64,000 nucleotides of DNA, from assembly GCF_009914755.1 (NCBI RefSeq), contig NC_060933.1; one strand, given 5' to 3'. Position 1 is the stretch's first letter; each line of letters begins with the position of its first letter. The notes under the pieces were generated by a model, which did not search any database, was not told the DNA's origin, and saw only the letters and a list, made by a program, of their open reading frames with translations. Source of the stretch: the human T2T-CHM13v2.0 reference genome, Homo sapiens. This document shows positions 41,931-57,576 of this stretch, one piece after another. The translations under genes were made by a program, and so were the position numbers.

Positions 41931-43971
41931 GTAATTATTCCTTCGAAAAGCAAATGCAACTGAGTGAGTGAATCTGCAGGTTGGAGCTTAGATTAAACAA
42001 ATGACTTAAGAAAGGTTCTGGCCTGAGCTCTGAATTTTGCAAGTGTGATCCCTAACTTTTGCTACAAACAATTTCTCCTGGAACAACTTAAATGTAAAGG
42101 GAAGTATTACCTTTAGAATGTAAATTTTAGCTATAAAAGATACTGATTGCTTATGAAGAAAAGCAGAGTCTGCCATTCTCATACTGTCCAGAACTATGAA
42201 CAGTGGCTCCAACCTCTTTCAGCAAGGCCCCCTGAAGCCACCACCCAAACAGGACCCCATAGAGACAACACTTTCCCTCCGACCCACCTGGGCTTTCTTC
42301 ACTCACCTCAGGGAATTTCTTTTTCTGCACATATTCGGTGACGGCCCTGTCAAAATACTTAGCATTGCCCTCATTCAGGTTGTAAATCTTTCCTTTCTTA
42401 CTAATCTTGACATCTTTTTCCACCAGTACAAATTCACCAAGAGCCTAGAGAGATGAAGAGAGATGCCAGGAAGAAGAGAGACGCCAGGAAACAGAAGCCC
42501 ACAGCTGGCAGAGCTGGGGCCTAGCTGTGGTCACTCTGGAGCCTGCCCCGTGGTGTTTTTATGAGTGGTGGAAAGAACAGTGACAATATGGAGCCCACAA
42601 AGGAAGCTCAAGCAGTAACATAGCAAGAGGGAAGACAATTCAAAGGGAAGAGGCCCATGGTCTTCTTTCTTTTTCTTTGTGATTTCTACTGTCAGGGAGG
42701 CTCCTTATTTATAAAGAACATGACTGTGTTTATCTCCCAAGTTCTCACCCCCAGATTAATGTTTTCAGAAAGACTTGGGCCATCAACAATTAGAGGAGAA
42801 GTTGTACTGATGTGTGAGGGATGCATTTTGACAATTTGTGGTCCAGTTATTTCGTTTATGTTAATGATTCAATCTCAGAAACCATTAAAAGTTTCTGGTA
42901 TCCCAACTACTCTTACCCGGGGAAAAGAGGAGGTTCTTTCAATTGGAAACTGTTCGCCTGGCATAAAGAAAAAGTTGGCAAAATCTAAAGGAATCCTCAG
43001 ACTTATTAATAAAATTGTGCCCAGTCCCTCTTATAGCCACCATGGTCAATACCTGCAGGGCATCCCTCAGACACCCCTTTATCTAGTTCTGGTGACATCA
43101 GTCACTAAAAGTGTGATCAGCTCACAACAGACACCACCTTAAATGCTGATGTCTCTCTAAGTCACTAGGGGTAAAGTCAGGGCCTGAAACCAGATTCATT
43201 TTGATTAATGTTCAAGATTTTGAGAAAGTGAGAAACTCCAAAATGACAGCTTACAGCTAACAGCTAGCCCAGAGTTTCCCAAGGAACATCAGAGATATTC
43301 CCAGAATATAAAGAAGGAAGGCCATGCTGTCCATGTCTGAAATAAGATGGTGACTAGGAGACTCAACAACTACACATTCCTCTCTTCTGCTAACAAGACT
43401 GACAACTGCTTCTTTACCAATGACTTCACTTTAATCTCCCTGGCTCCTAACTAAAAATTATTAAGATAACTAATCATTAATTGCACCCACTTCCAGGCAA
43501 TATCCAATCCAGACTGACCCTCTGTTCCTCAAACCCTCTTTAGAATCACCAAGCAAAACCCCGTGGTTCCTCTGCAGTGCACTCCCCCTGCCCAGTAAAT
43601 CGAACTTCTTTTTATTACAGGCATGCACGTGATGGTTTTTGTCTCATGAGCTTTAACTCTCTGTGGACATCTGTTGCTTTGGAGCAGACCAGCCTTGAGT
43701 TCCACTTCTGAAAAGTGCCCTGACATCCCTTAAAGAGTGGGATGTCAGTCTAGAAAGATCCGTATCTGGGCCTCTTCTAGACCAAGGCCAGGCACGTGCC
43801 TTAGCTTAAAAATTATATACCCCTCCATGGGATTTGAAACCTGAGAGACAGGCACAGCACTGGAGTTGGTGTCCAGGACAGAGTGGCCGTGTTGCAGGAC
43901 TACTGCCATGCTTTCTGCTTCCTGGTCCTCTAGCCCTGCCCGTTCCTAGCCAAGGTCCTCTGCTTTCCCAA

Positions 43972-44527
43972 TGAAACGAGAAAAGTTCCCTTATCCCCCT
44001 CGCAGGGCATGTGATGGGGGTGTGGCTTGCTGTTTCCGAGCCCCGCCGCTCAAACCTCTAGGGGGAGCATGCAGACAGGCAGGCTGTGGGGCTCCGACCC
44101 CATGGCAGCATCTAGGTGTGCATGTTTACAGCTGAAGCCCCAGTGGGGCGTGTGTTACAGAGTGCTCTTTCAGTTTAGCCATCCGTCCATAGGCGGCTTG
44201 CATTAGTCAGCTCAATTATACGCCCTGCCTTATCTTCCGCCATCCACAGGTCAATGGCCTGATGGCAGATGCCAGTGTGTTCTTCCACCGGCGTGTTCCT
44301 CTTGAAGTCCAGCCGCTTGGGTGCGTGCCCGCCAGGGTCTCGGGGTTTTTATAGGCACAGGATGGGGGCGTGGCAGGCCAGGGTGGTCTTGAGAAATACA
44401 ACATTTGGGCACTGAAACAGAAATGCCTGTCCTCACCTAGGTCCGTGGGCACAGGCCCGGGGGTGGAGCCCTCACCAAGGACCCTGCCCTTTTCCTCCCA
44501 GCATTTCCCTGCCCCCTTCTCGTATCA
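43972..44527 (-). mobile_element. ERV1-class solo LTR (LTR27/LTR28/MER52 group), probably internally deleted
   Basis: TG...CA termini (tgaaacgagaaaagttccc...cgtatca); reverse TATA tttttatagg at ~44347. Confidence 0.7.
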
Positions 44528-47464
44528 CCATCAATGCAGTAACTCCTTTCACTTAATTGAGCTGGGGTCGATTTTGCTCTTGCTTTTCAGCAAAGAGCAT
44601 GGAGATGCGCAGCTGTCATTTAAACAGCGGCACTCACTCTCCACCTGAACAGAGGAGCTCATTCTGCATCAGGGTGGGTGAAAACGCCTTGGGTTGATCC
44701 GCTCCTGGGTCTGGGGCAGGGACTCTCAGGCCCCTGGAATGTTGTTTCCACAGTTTTATTAACCTGGAAAATATGCCCCTTTGTTCTGATTGTGTGGTCA
44801 CCAACTGCTGATTTTTAATATGAGCTCTCATACACTCAGATAAGAGGGTCCCTGATGATCGGGCACCAGATCCTTGTCACTGAGAAACAAAGAATCTGTA
44901 AATGAATGCTTTGACATTGAGCTTTATCCCACAATGGGGAGTTGGTTAACAGGAGGTGGTCTCTCTGTGCCTGAACAATATGTGTGTTCTGACAAAATCA
45001 AATCATCAGGTCTGCAAACCCACAGACCTCACAGGCTGAGTTTGACCCACCAGGGAATGCTGCCTCCATCACTGCTGACTGCCCTCCATGGCATTTCTAT
45101 CTGTGACAACTGCCACAAGCTATCTCCACTGGACGTCAACATCCCAAACAGGCACTAAGCTTTGTGCACTGGGTCTTTGCTCAAATGTCCTTTATAGTAG
45201 AGTGATGTGATCCAAAGGGGTTTCAGGATAATACACAGAAATCAGGAAAGATTATGCTATGGTTCATCTCTTCCTTCTGTTATGCTGACAAGCTCTCGTG
45301 CCCACCTATGTCCAGACTGGGCCCTGCTGTCGTGACTGAGGGCAGAAAGCAGAGGCTCTGTCTTTGCCTGGGAATCCTTGAGTTGAGTACCTGAGTCAAA
45401 GCACCTCCCGTTGCCTTTAGAACTGCTCAGAATGTTCTTGGAGATATTTTACTTGTACTCAAGAGCAGTTGTTTTTGAAATTCGGTCTGGTTTAGTAGTT
45501 AAAGCACAGATTGCCGGAGTGTGACTCCTGACACCACCAGTCACTAGCTTGACCTCAGGCAAGTTACTCACCCTCTATGTGCCTCACTTTCCCCATCTGA
45601 AAATGAGAATAATAGTAGGACCTACCTCACAGGGCTGCTGTGATGTTTAAATGCATTAATAGATGTAAATTCCCTAGGACAGGTACCTACATTCCTACAA
45701 CTTATTAAGAATTATGTTAGCTGTTACTCTATAGCAACTGTAGAAAGGGCAATTTATTGTCTGAGAGTAATATGTGTAAGCCATAGAATTTCTGAGGGTT
45801 TGCCAGCTTCTTTGAAAATAAAGGGAAACTGTGGCATTAGCAAACTGACACAGCAGTGGGCCTTGGTCTAATGGGTTTATAGGTGAAAAGATTTGAAAAG
45901 TTTCTGGATTTCCATACTGCAAACCCTGTTTTGTTAACTCTGTTTCATTTTGAAATTTGCAATCCCCCTCTCTCCACATACAAACTGACATGTGAACTCC
46001 ACAAGGGCTGGCATGTGTGTTTGATCAATGTTGTATCTCCACTGCCTGAAATGGTGCTTTGGGATGTAGTAGATGCTCAATAACATCTGTAAATCTAAAT
46101 TAAATTTAAATACAGACCTTTCATCTAAGTGAACACAAGGGGTTTTGAAGTCGTCATTGGTCAACATTATCTGAGTTTTCACAAGACCTCAGTGTATTTG
46201 GCAAAGCATTTCACAAGTGATAAACAAGGCATCCAGCATTTAAAAGCAAAACTCACAGAGCATTCTATGGGATGATGCTGCTCTAAAGCATTCATGCTTC
46301 TGTCTGGAAATTCGCAGCATTACGATTCTTAAATCATGGAGTTCTCATAAACCAAAGAGATCGAGTGCATTTTTGAAAAATGAACTCCTTAAGGACAGGG
46401 CTTGAGTTGATGCAACTGACTCCGCAGGACACCCCTACCCCGGGTTCCCTCACTGGGACAAAGGCCCTTCATGGTTTCTGATGATGGCGTTGGCTCCCAA
46501 AACTAGGTTTTCAGACTCTCTGGCCCCAAAAACAAGTATTAGGAATGACCAGGAAATTATCCCAGGGGACTAGCATTAAAGCACAGAGGCCCATCAAGTC
46601 CCCAAGCCCAGAGGCTGCCATATTCTGTACCTACCAAGTCAAGCATGAAGAGGTCCACCCCTTGCCCTGTGGAGAGAGCCACCAGGGTTGTGCTACTGTA
46701 CAGTGTATAAACTATGGTCACAATGTTGCAGCCAGGCTGCAGGGCATCCCTTTCAGAAGGCTTGTCCTCTGAGGTCTGTGGAAGAAAGGAGAGAAACACG
46801 GTGTGTTATTGTTTCAGGAGAGAACCCTTTGTCAGAGGCATGGGATTCAGATCTCCTTGAACCACTGAAGAAAGTGCAGTTCTTAGAATTTTAAGCTGCC
46901 ACAAATCTATCCAGAGAAAATGAGTTGCCACGTTACCGACAATTCTAGCTGAGCTATGGCAAAGGCCATTTTTGGATTTCTTCCTATTTTCCAAACGCAT
47001 GTGTCTGCAGCCTGCCAAGAAAAGCACTCCCAGATGCTAAAATCGTAAGCTGCACTCCTGAGCCATGATAGTCACAACTCAGATCACTGAGCGGAGGGTG
47101 CAGCGTCTCACTCTGCACACTCAACAGCTATCTGAGGCACATAGCACTGTCACCTTCATGGCTCAGTGGGAGAACTCTGAGAAAAAAACAACCTGAGATG
47201 AACAATCTACTGCAGTTGGAACAGCTGCACAACTCACTCAACAGCAGGAAGCCCTGACTCTGCTTTCTCTCTGACTCTGTGGATGCTCCTCATTTGCTTC
47301 TCTTCCCCACAGCTCCTCTTCCTCTGGTTCTTTAAATCTTGGTCCTCTTTCTAGTTTTTTTCTAGCCTTTGGTGCATCCAGCCAGTGCAAATGGTTCTTC
47401 CTCACCCCCTTATCCAAAATTAGAACTCTTAGCTGCTACGTTTATATTGAGTCACGCCTCCCAC

Positions 47465-47478
47465 CACACAAACACACA

Positions 47479-47521
<43 letters not shown>
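47465..47521. repeat. (CA)n microsatellite
   Basis: Seen directly. Confidence 0.95.
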
Positions 47522-47524
<3 letters not shown>

Positions 47525-48398
47525 TGATGGGGTAGGAGAGAGAGTCCTGACCTAGAATGGCCCAATCAGCCTCTCTCCTCCAGATATCTAGAATTAGAGG
47601 ACATTCTGGTGATGTAGAGTTAGAAGCCTTGTAAATCTGAATGGTCTCACCCCTATGCTCTGACCTCATGATTTGGTATTCCAGGTGCTTGATGCCATGA
47701 GCATCCAGGGCTACTTCTTTGAAGCTCCCAACACATTTTCATTCTTGGGTTTAGTGTCTGACTTCCAAGCTACACTGTAAGCAACCTGAAGGGAGGTACC
47801 CACTCCGTCTTGTTCATGTCTGTTTTCCCACCATGTAACACAATCTGGGCCATGATCATTGCATTTAATTAATACAGACAAACACACAGATACATATATA
47901 TGCAAGTTTATACACACACATAAATATATACATGCATACATGTAGTGCTTTTCAGCATAAGAATCCTACAAACGTTTTTTAGATTTATATAATACTATTT
48001 CATTTTTTAAGTGATTAAAGTACATATTTTAAATTTAATTACTATTATGAATTAGTTTATTGCTAATATATAGAAATCCAGTTGGTTTTGTATGTTGATC
48101 TTGTGTCCTGTGACTTTGCTGAACTCACTCATTCTAGGGAGTGTTTTGGTTTTTTGTTTGTAAATTCCTTGGGATTTCCTATACAGATCATCATGACATC
48201 TGCAAAGAACGACAATGTTATTACCTGCTTTCCAATCTTTTTCCCTTCCATTATTTTTTTTGCCTTAGTGTGCTGACTATGACTTCCAGGGTTACATATG
48301 TTGAGTAACAGTAGTGAAGGAGGACATCCTTGCTTTGCTCCTGATCTTAGAGGATAAGCATTCACTCTTTCACCATTAAATACTAATGCTAGCTATAA

Positions 48399-49020
<622 letters not shown>

Positions 49021-49221
49021 GTTTCTTTTTTAAGTCATGAATGAGTTTTGAATTTGTTCAAGTGGTTTTTCTCCATCAATTGATATAATTATATGATTTT
49101 TCTTCTTTAGCCTGTTGATATGGTGGATTACACTGACTGATTTTGAATACCGGACCAGCCTTCTATTACCAGAATAAATCCCACTCAGTCATGGTGTATA
49201 ATTTGTCTTATGTGTTGTTGA

Positions 49222-49592
<371 letters not shown>

Positions 49593-49630
49593 TCTGTAGT
49601 AGTCTTTTGTTTTTGTTTTTTTGGAACTAT

Positions 49631-50082
49631 TGTTACCAAAACACCAGGGGTTTGGTCTAGGCCTTGCTGCTTACCACACAAAAAGCCAATCACTAAGACA
49701 ATAAGTACTGCAAAGGAAGAAGGCTTTAATTGGGTGCTGCAGCTGAGAAGATGGGGGAGCTCAGTTTCAAATCCATCTCCCTGACAGACTAAAACTAGAG
49801 GTTTATATAACAGAGAAGAAATGTGACAATGTGCAAGAATACAGGAACTAGAGAGGGGAAAGGAAGCAATAATGAGGAATGAGGGCTCCAGGCTTCTCAT
49901 TGTCAGGATGTGGTGATCTGGTGACTTTCAGTTCTCTAATACTCTTTTTGAGAGGTCTGAAGTTCCTTTCCTGAGGAAGGAATTCATATAAAACAAATGT
50001 AAGCTTCAAGCTTTAAGAACAGAAAGGTCAGTTTCTATGTTTATCCGAAAGAACAGTCTATGAGATTATTGGGTCAGTTTTA
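49631..50082 (-). mobile_element. Solo LTR, LTR47-like
   Basis: tgttaccaaaacaccaggggtttggtctagg ... attgggtcagttt, flanked by ctat on both sides. Confidence 0.7.
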
Positions 50083-50799
50083 CTATCATTGTCTGGTTTT
50101 TGTATCAGAGTAATGCTGACTTTATAAAATGAATTGAAAAATGTTCCTTCCTCTTCTCTTTTCTGGAAGAGATTGAATAACCTTTGAACATTTAGTATAA
50201 TTTTCTAGTGAAACCATCCGGGCCTGGAGATTTCTTTTTTGAATTCTATTTTCTAATAGTTGAGCCCTGAACCTAGTCTTTCAAATTATCTATTTTATAT
50301 TGGGTGAGTTAGAGTACTGTGCTTTCTGAGAAGTTAGTCCATTTCATCTAAGTTATCAATTTTATGTGTGTAGAGTTGTTTATAATATTCCCTTACTATC
50401 CTTTTGATGGCTCCTAACTTTTTGAAAAACAAAACAACCTGAGATTAACAATCTAGGTCATAAATACATGATTCTCTGATTGTTTTCTCAACAGAAATTC
50501 CAAATAATTAAATTACTGGGTAAAAAATCTTTTTATACATATTGAAGTTTTCCTCCAGAAAGGTTGCATAAATTTATACTTTTACCGTCAGTGATAAGAG
50601 GGTTCTTTTTAATTTATTCTGGCAAACACAAGATAGTATTGTCTTTTCAACTTCATCAGTTTGGTGGAAAAAAGACCTCTTTTTTGTTTTAATTTCTATT
50701 TTTATGAGTGAGGTAAACTTTTTAGAGTTTATTGATCATTTTTATTTTGTAGGTTGTATATTTCATGTCTTTTATTTTTCTATCAACATATCCATCTTC

Positions 50800-51355
<556 letters not shown>

Positions 51356-51848
51356 TAGATGGCAGAAGACACAGGTCAGATCTCGAGAAGAGTTTCTATG
51401 GCCTCCAAACAAGCATTTATTGATTATAGACTTAGGGGTGGATATTACGAATGTGGGATGTCCCACAAGGTTATCTCCTGTGCTATCTAATGCACCAAGC
51501 AGCTTGTCCATAACTTAGTTTAAATATATCCGTCAGGCTCCATGCCCACTTGCTGTAAAAGCAAGATTACTGAGTTAATCTTAGATTTTAAAATGGAAAA
51601 CTGGGCCTCACAAAAGCAGTTGGAAAAGTTACCTGGAGATTGTTTCTAAGGCAGTCCCCAACTGTACCAAGCAAAGGACAATATGTACAAAGTCAGAGCT
51701 TCATTAACTCTTGATGATTGATTCATTCACTTACTTAATGCAAGACTTCAGGGGAAGAAGAATCGCTGAGTGGAGGAGACTGGAAACAATGCATTATGAA
51801 GCGCCCATGGTCTCTGGATACCCACCCAGCCAGTCCCCACCCTCCTAG

Positions 51849-52238
<390 letters not shown>

Positions 52239-52479
52239 TAATTGGGAGATAAGGCTTCTGCCTGCGGGCTGTGAGTTCTTCCAACCGGCCCCTTCTTTGC
52301 TGTGGACTAAACAGGAACCACTGGGCTAGAGTCCTCTGGCTCTCGGCCCTGCAGGAGATTTTAATAAACAATTCTAGGCCTAAAGGAAAAGCAGGGTTAG
52401 GCTGAAAATGCACACAGGGCTCCTGTAAACTTCTTTTCATGAACCACCGGCCCAGGGCATTAAATAAGGTACTTAGTTG

Positions 52480-53150
52480 ATCCGAACCCTCCAGGGAGAC
52501 CTCCGACCCTTCTCTTCGTAGCCCCCAGCTCCCCTCCCCCCGGTTCCACTGAGGCAAGTGGACTGAGCCGCTCCACAGGCTAGGAGTCAGCCCGCCGGAA
52601 GGTCCCGCCCAGCCTTAAGAAGTCAATTAGCTGCTTTCGGGCGGCCTTAGGCGACGGGAGACTCCTGGACTCGGCACCTGCCCACTGTGCCTGTCCACCT
52701 GTGGCTACTGCAGCTGAGACCCCAGTGGGCTGAGATTGGACAGGGGCCACCAGGGACCCAGCAAGTCCTTCAGCTCGGTGAGTGAGGGATTTTCAGGAGT
52801 GCCAGGCCGCAGTATTCCCAGGGCTGGTGGGGTGGGACAGGGAGGCTCGACCCGGGCAAATCAGGCAGAGGCGCCGCTTGCTCCCTGCACCACCACCCAC
52901 CTCCTGGGGCCACAGTGAGCATGAGCGGGGGGTGGAAGCAAGAGGCAGGGGACCTGGCCTGGGTCCCCAGCCCAAAGCCTGGGAAGCTGCCTACCCCTGT
53001 GTGGGCGCGGACACTGGGGACTCTGGCTTCTGGCGGTTCGGCCACCTGATTGGGTTTATGCTCTATGAGGGGAGTTGGAGTGTTGGCAGGACTGGCCCCT
53101 GCAGGACTGCAGGACTGCGGGAGCGGCGGTAGATAGGTGCTCTCCTTCCC
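52480..53150 (+). promoter_or_regulatory. GC/CpG-rich region corresponding to the CTSL promoter, non-coding exon 1 and start of intron 1
   Basis: GC box cccgccc at ~52604, candidate donor cg|gtgagt at 52778, about 1 kb upstream of the ATG exon. Confidence 0.55.
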
Positions 53151-54646
53151 AGTTTCTCCTGGGAAGACATTCAAGAACTGTTTCCGTTACAAGGGGTGTT
53201 TGGAAAACATACTTCACCTTCTGCTATGCATTAGCCAAGAACAAAGTGTGAAGTGACTTCCCAATTATTGGGGATCCCTTTGTCCCTTCTTGAAATTAGA
53301 TGTCTTCATTAGTGAGGTTTTGCCTGGATGACCTCAGCACAATTGGTACAAAACCTGGGCCAACGGTTTCCTAGTTTCCTGGTTGTTGCCTTTAACTTCT
53401 CGCCCATAAGGTACCTTCCTATCCTTTTCATAGCCTAAATTATCATCCCATAAAACTGTTTCAGCTCCTACAGCTCTGGACAGGCTGCTTTTCATTTTGG
53501 TGAGTCCATCCAATACTTCCACTTGCCTTGTTTTTCTCCAACCAGATCCTTGGCCTCTTCCACAGTCCTTAGGTAAATGCATGGGAGAATAATTTAAATA
53601 TTTTTATTCTATCATGGTGGCCCTAGTTTCTCAGGGGGCAGTAAGATGACTTTTTCGGATTAGTCTAATCAGATCCTCATTTCTTTTCCCTTCCCAGATT
53701 TTTGAAACATGAACCCTTCACTCTTCCTGGCTGCCTATTGCCTCAGCTGCTGTAACACGTGACCACAGTTTAGATGAACAATGGACCAAGTGGAAGGCAA
53801 AGCACAAGAGATTATATGGCATGGTTGGTGGCATCTGAAACTGTCCAGGGGAACCCCAGAGAGATGGACCTTGCTATTGGGATCATACGGCCAGAAAGTA
53901 GCTTCTAGATGCCAGCTCTTACCAATAACCTAATGCAATAACTTAATAGCACCGATTATGAGCACGATATGGGCATACACCCTTGTTGTGTCTCAGCTTG
54001 GAGAACATCTCCCAGAGGTGTCAAGCCTTCCCCTGCCATGGTTACTCTTACATCTCTGTCTGAAGATTCACTTGGTTAGCATAGGCTGGGTTTTAATTAG
54101 AAATAAAGAGCATCAGTTACATGTTTGTCTTTAGAATGAAGAAGGATGGAGGAGAGCAGTGTGGGAGAACATGAAGATGATTGAGCAGCACAATCAGGAA
54201 CACAGCCAAGGGAAACACAGCTTCACAACAGCCATGAACGCCTTTGGAGACATGGTGAGTGTGCTGTGGACTGCTGAACTCTGTGCTTCCTCTCCTCAGT
54301 TCTTTACCAAATCAATCTCTTGCTTTTTAACATTTTATTTACTTTTCCTTGAAGACTAATTAAGAATTCAGGCAGGTGATGAATGGTTTTCAATACCAGA
54401 AGCACAGGAAGGGGAAAGAGTTCCAGGAACGTCTGCTTCTTGAGATCCCCACATCTGTGAACTGGAGAGAGAAAGGCTACATGAGTCCTGTGAAGGATCA
54501 GGTGAGACTGTGTTAGGTTCAGACCTCCCATCACCCCAGGAAAGCCAAGAAGCAATTGACATTTGTGCTATGCTAGACTGTGCTGCAACATGCAGTTCAC
54601 TTTTTAAAGGAGTATTTAGATATATGAGCTGTTGTTAAAAGTCTTG

Positions 54647-54648
<2 letters not shown>

Positions 54649-54700
<52 letters not shown>
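54649..54700. repeat. (TG)n microsatellite in a CTSL-pseudogene intron
   Basis: Seen directly. Confidence 0.97.
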
Positions 54701-54702
<2 letters not shown>

Positions 54703-54821
54703 ATATCAGCTTTTTTATTCTCTTTTCAGGGTCATTGTGGCTCTTGTTGGGCTTTTAGTACAACTGGTATGCTGGAAGGGCAGATGTTCTAGAAAACAGG
54801 CAAACTTATCTCACTGAGTGA

Positions 54822-55040
<219 letters not shown>

Positions 55041-57212
55041 TAGATGGTGGAATCTCTATCTGCAAACTGTCAGTATTGTCATTATAAATTATAGCCTTTG
55101 CACAGTTCTGTGATTACATGGTTAACATGCAGCTGTTCTTGCTTCTATGTAACATGGAGAATATACAAACCATTCTACATATAATACACATCTCCATTGT
55201 GAAAAATGTCTTATGGAAAGTAAACCTAGGGGTCTCACTGAAGAGAACTGAGCTAATTTTCCGTTTCAAATTAACTATTAATAATTACATTTCACTTCCT
55301 TGGATGATTTGTAAGAGTGTTGACTTGGAAATTCTATGCTGCAAACTGCTGAGTGTTGTGGTTCCGACTCATGTTCCCCAGGAGAAGGATGGTAGTAATC
55401 AAGTCTCCTCCCTCTTAACCTTTAAAAGGTTAAAACCTGTAGGTACAATCCCAAGTATTCTGTTGCTAATGACACTGGCTTTGTGGACATACCTTCATGG
55501 GAGAAGGACCTGGCGAAGGCAGTGGCAACTGTGGGGCCCATCTCTGTTGCTGTTGATGCAAGCCATGTCTCCTTCCAGTTCTATAAAAAAAGGTAAGCAT
55601 CTTTCTTCATAGAAATTATTGCAGAAAAAAAGTAAACCACCATGACATACCAGCATGATGGACTCTATACACGCAATAATCATACCTAATGCTTCCATTT
55701 GATATTACGTTGAACGTATGTCCATGAATACATGTACTTCATAACTTTTTATAAATAGCTATGTTATGTATAGTTTAATTTACTTAAATATTCTCTAATT
55801 GTTGTATTCTTAGAATTTTTCCAAAGTTTTTTTTGTGATTAAATCTGAAAAGAGCCTTTTGATTCAAGGATTTTGGTGTTCTGTGCTATTTTTAAGATTG
55901 ATATTCTAGAGTAGAATTACAAGCTTAAAATGAGTGGTCTTTTATGCCTGTAAGAAAGTTTTTTTATGAGGGACTTATGCTAATTTCTATTTCTGCTAGT
56001 TGTGGATGACAGCCTAATTCCCTAGCCTTGATAACAATAGATCTTGTTAAGCCCGATCTGGACTGTGTGTCATTTCACTGATTTTAGAGTTGCCTCCCTC
56101 CCTGTGGGTGACAGGGTGGGTTACTCTCAGGTGTCCTCGGGAACTCCTCACCCAGCCTTCATTTTATTCTCTCGGAAATTTATTTTGAGCCACGCTGTGA
56201 CTCTGAAGGCCTGGATCATGCTATGCTGGTGGTTGGCTATGGCTATGAAGGATCAGACTCGGATAACAAATATTGGCTGGTGAAGAACAGGTATAAATTG
56301 CCAGAAAGACTTATAGTTGAAATTCAAAAGGGAATCCTTTTTTGCAATCAATGTTTACATACCACAAGCCCTTAATCACATTTCTGAAATCCCAGAAGTC
56401 TTCATCCCCCTTAGGCAGAACACAGAATATTAATGATTGATTGTAACATCTAGATACTGTCACAAGCATGCTGGGGATATTAATATAGTATTTGTCCCAT
56501 TGCATGTCTAAATTCTGAACATTTTCTTAATTCTGAAGCATATCTGGCTGGAAAGACATCCTATCCTTTTTCTGTTTCTGATTTTGCAGTTCCATGAAAG
56601 GTCACAGTTTTGGGTGTGGGATCGAAGTGATATGCAGGTTTTGACTCAAGAATTTATAAGGGATGAACAGGAACATCAGCATCTCCTGTTTCTTTATGTT
56701 AAGCCTGTGACTTCTGGCACACTGTTTAAGTTAATAACCCAACGTGCTTTATCCTGCCTCTGAAATGGAAAACCTGCTCTCCTTTCAGCTGGGGTAAAAA
56801 CTGGGGCATGGATGGCTACATAAAGATGGCCAAAGACCGGAGGAACAACTGTGGAATCACCACAGCAGCCAGCTACCCAACTGTGTGAGCTGATGGATGG
56901 TGATGAGGAAGGACTCGACTGAGGATGGCACATCCAGAGGAGGAACTGATCTTCAATCTACCAGCCCCTGCTGTGTGAAATGCACACTTCAATCATTGAA
57001 GATCCAAGTGTGATTGGAATTCTGTGATATTTTCACATTGGTAAATATTACCTCTATTTTTATTACTGCTATAAACATGTTTGTATTATTGATTCACTTA
57101 CTTTGTATTTTCATTTTAAAAGGATGTATACATTTTTACCTGTTTAAAATGTAATTTCAAATGTACTGGTGGGGCTTCTTTCTGTTTTGATGCACTGACT
57201 TTTTTGTGTAGT

Positions 57213-57576
57213 TGTATTAGTCTGTTTTTGCGCTGCTGATAAAGACATACTCAAGACTGTGCAATTTACAAAAGAAAGAGGTTTAATGGACTCACAGTTC
57301 CACATGGCAGGGGAGGCCTCATAATCATGGTGGAAGGTGAAAGGCACATCTCACATGGCAGCAGAAAAGAAAAGAAAATGAGCGTCAAGCGAAAGGGGTT
57401 TCCCCTTATAAAACCATCAGATCTCATGAGACTTATTCATTATCATGAGAACAGCATGGGAATGACCTGCCCCCATGATTCAATTACCTCCAATCAGGTC
57501 CCTCCCACAACATGTGGGAATTGTGGGAGCTAAAATTCAAGATGAGATTTGGGTGGAACACAGCCAAACCATATCA
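57213..57576 (-). mobile_element. THE1B-like MaLR solo LTR with 5-bp TSD
   Basis: tgtattagtctgtttt...cagccaaaccatatca; TSD gtagt at 57208-57212 and 57577-57581. Confidence 0.93.

Larger units (their letters stand above)
36060..46775 (-). pseudogene. FBP2P1: Unprocessed partial FBP2 pseudogene: exon 4 (46635-46775), exon 5 (42307-42444), exon 6 (36060-36179)
   Basis: Exon 4 [47 protein letters not shown] (cag/gtag). Exon 5 [46 protein letters not shown] (tag/gtgagt). Exon 6 [40 protein letters not shown], donor mutated to ggaatt. [13 protein letters not shown] is FBP2-type rather than FBP1-type. No exon 7 found. Symbol inferred from locus context. Confidence 0.92.
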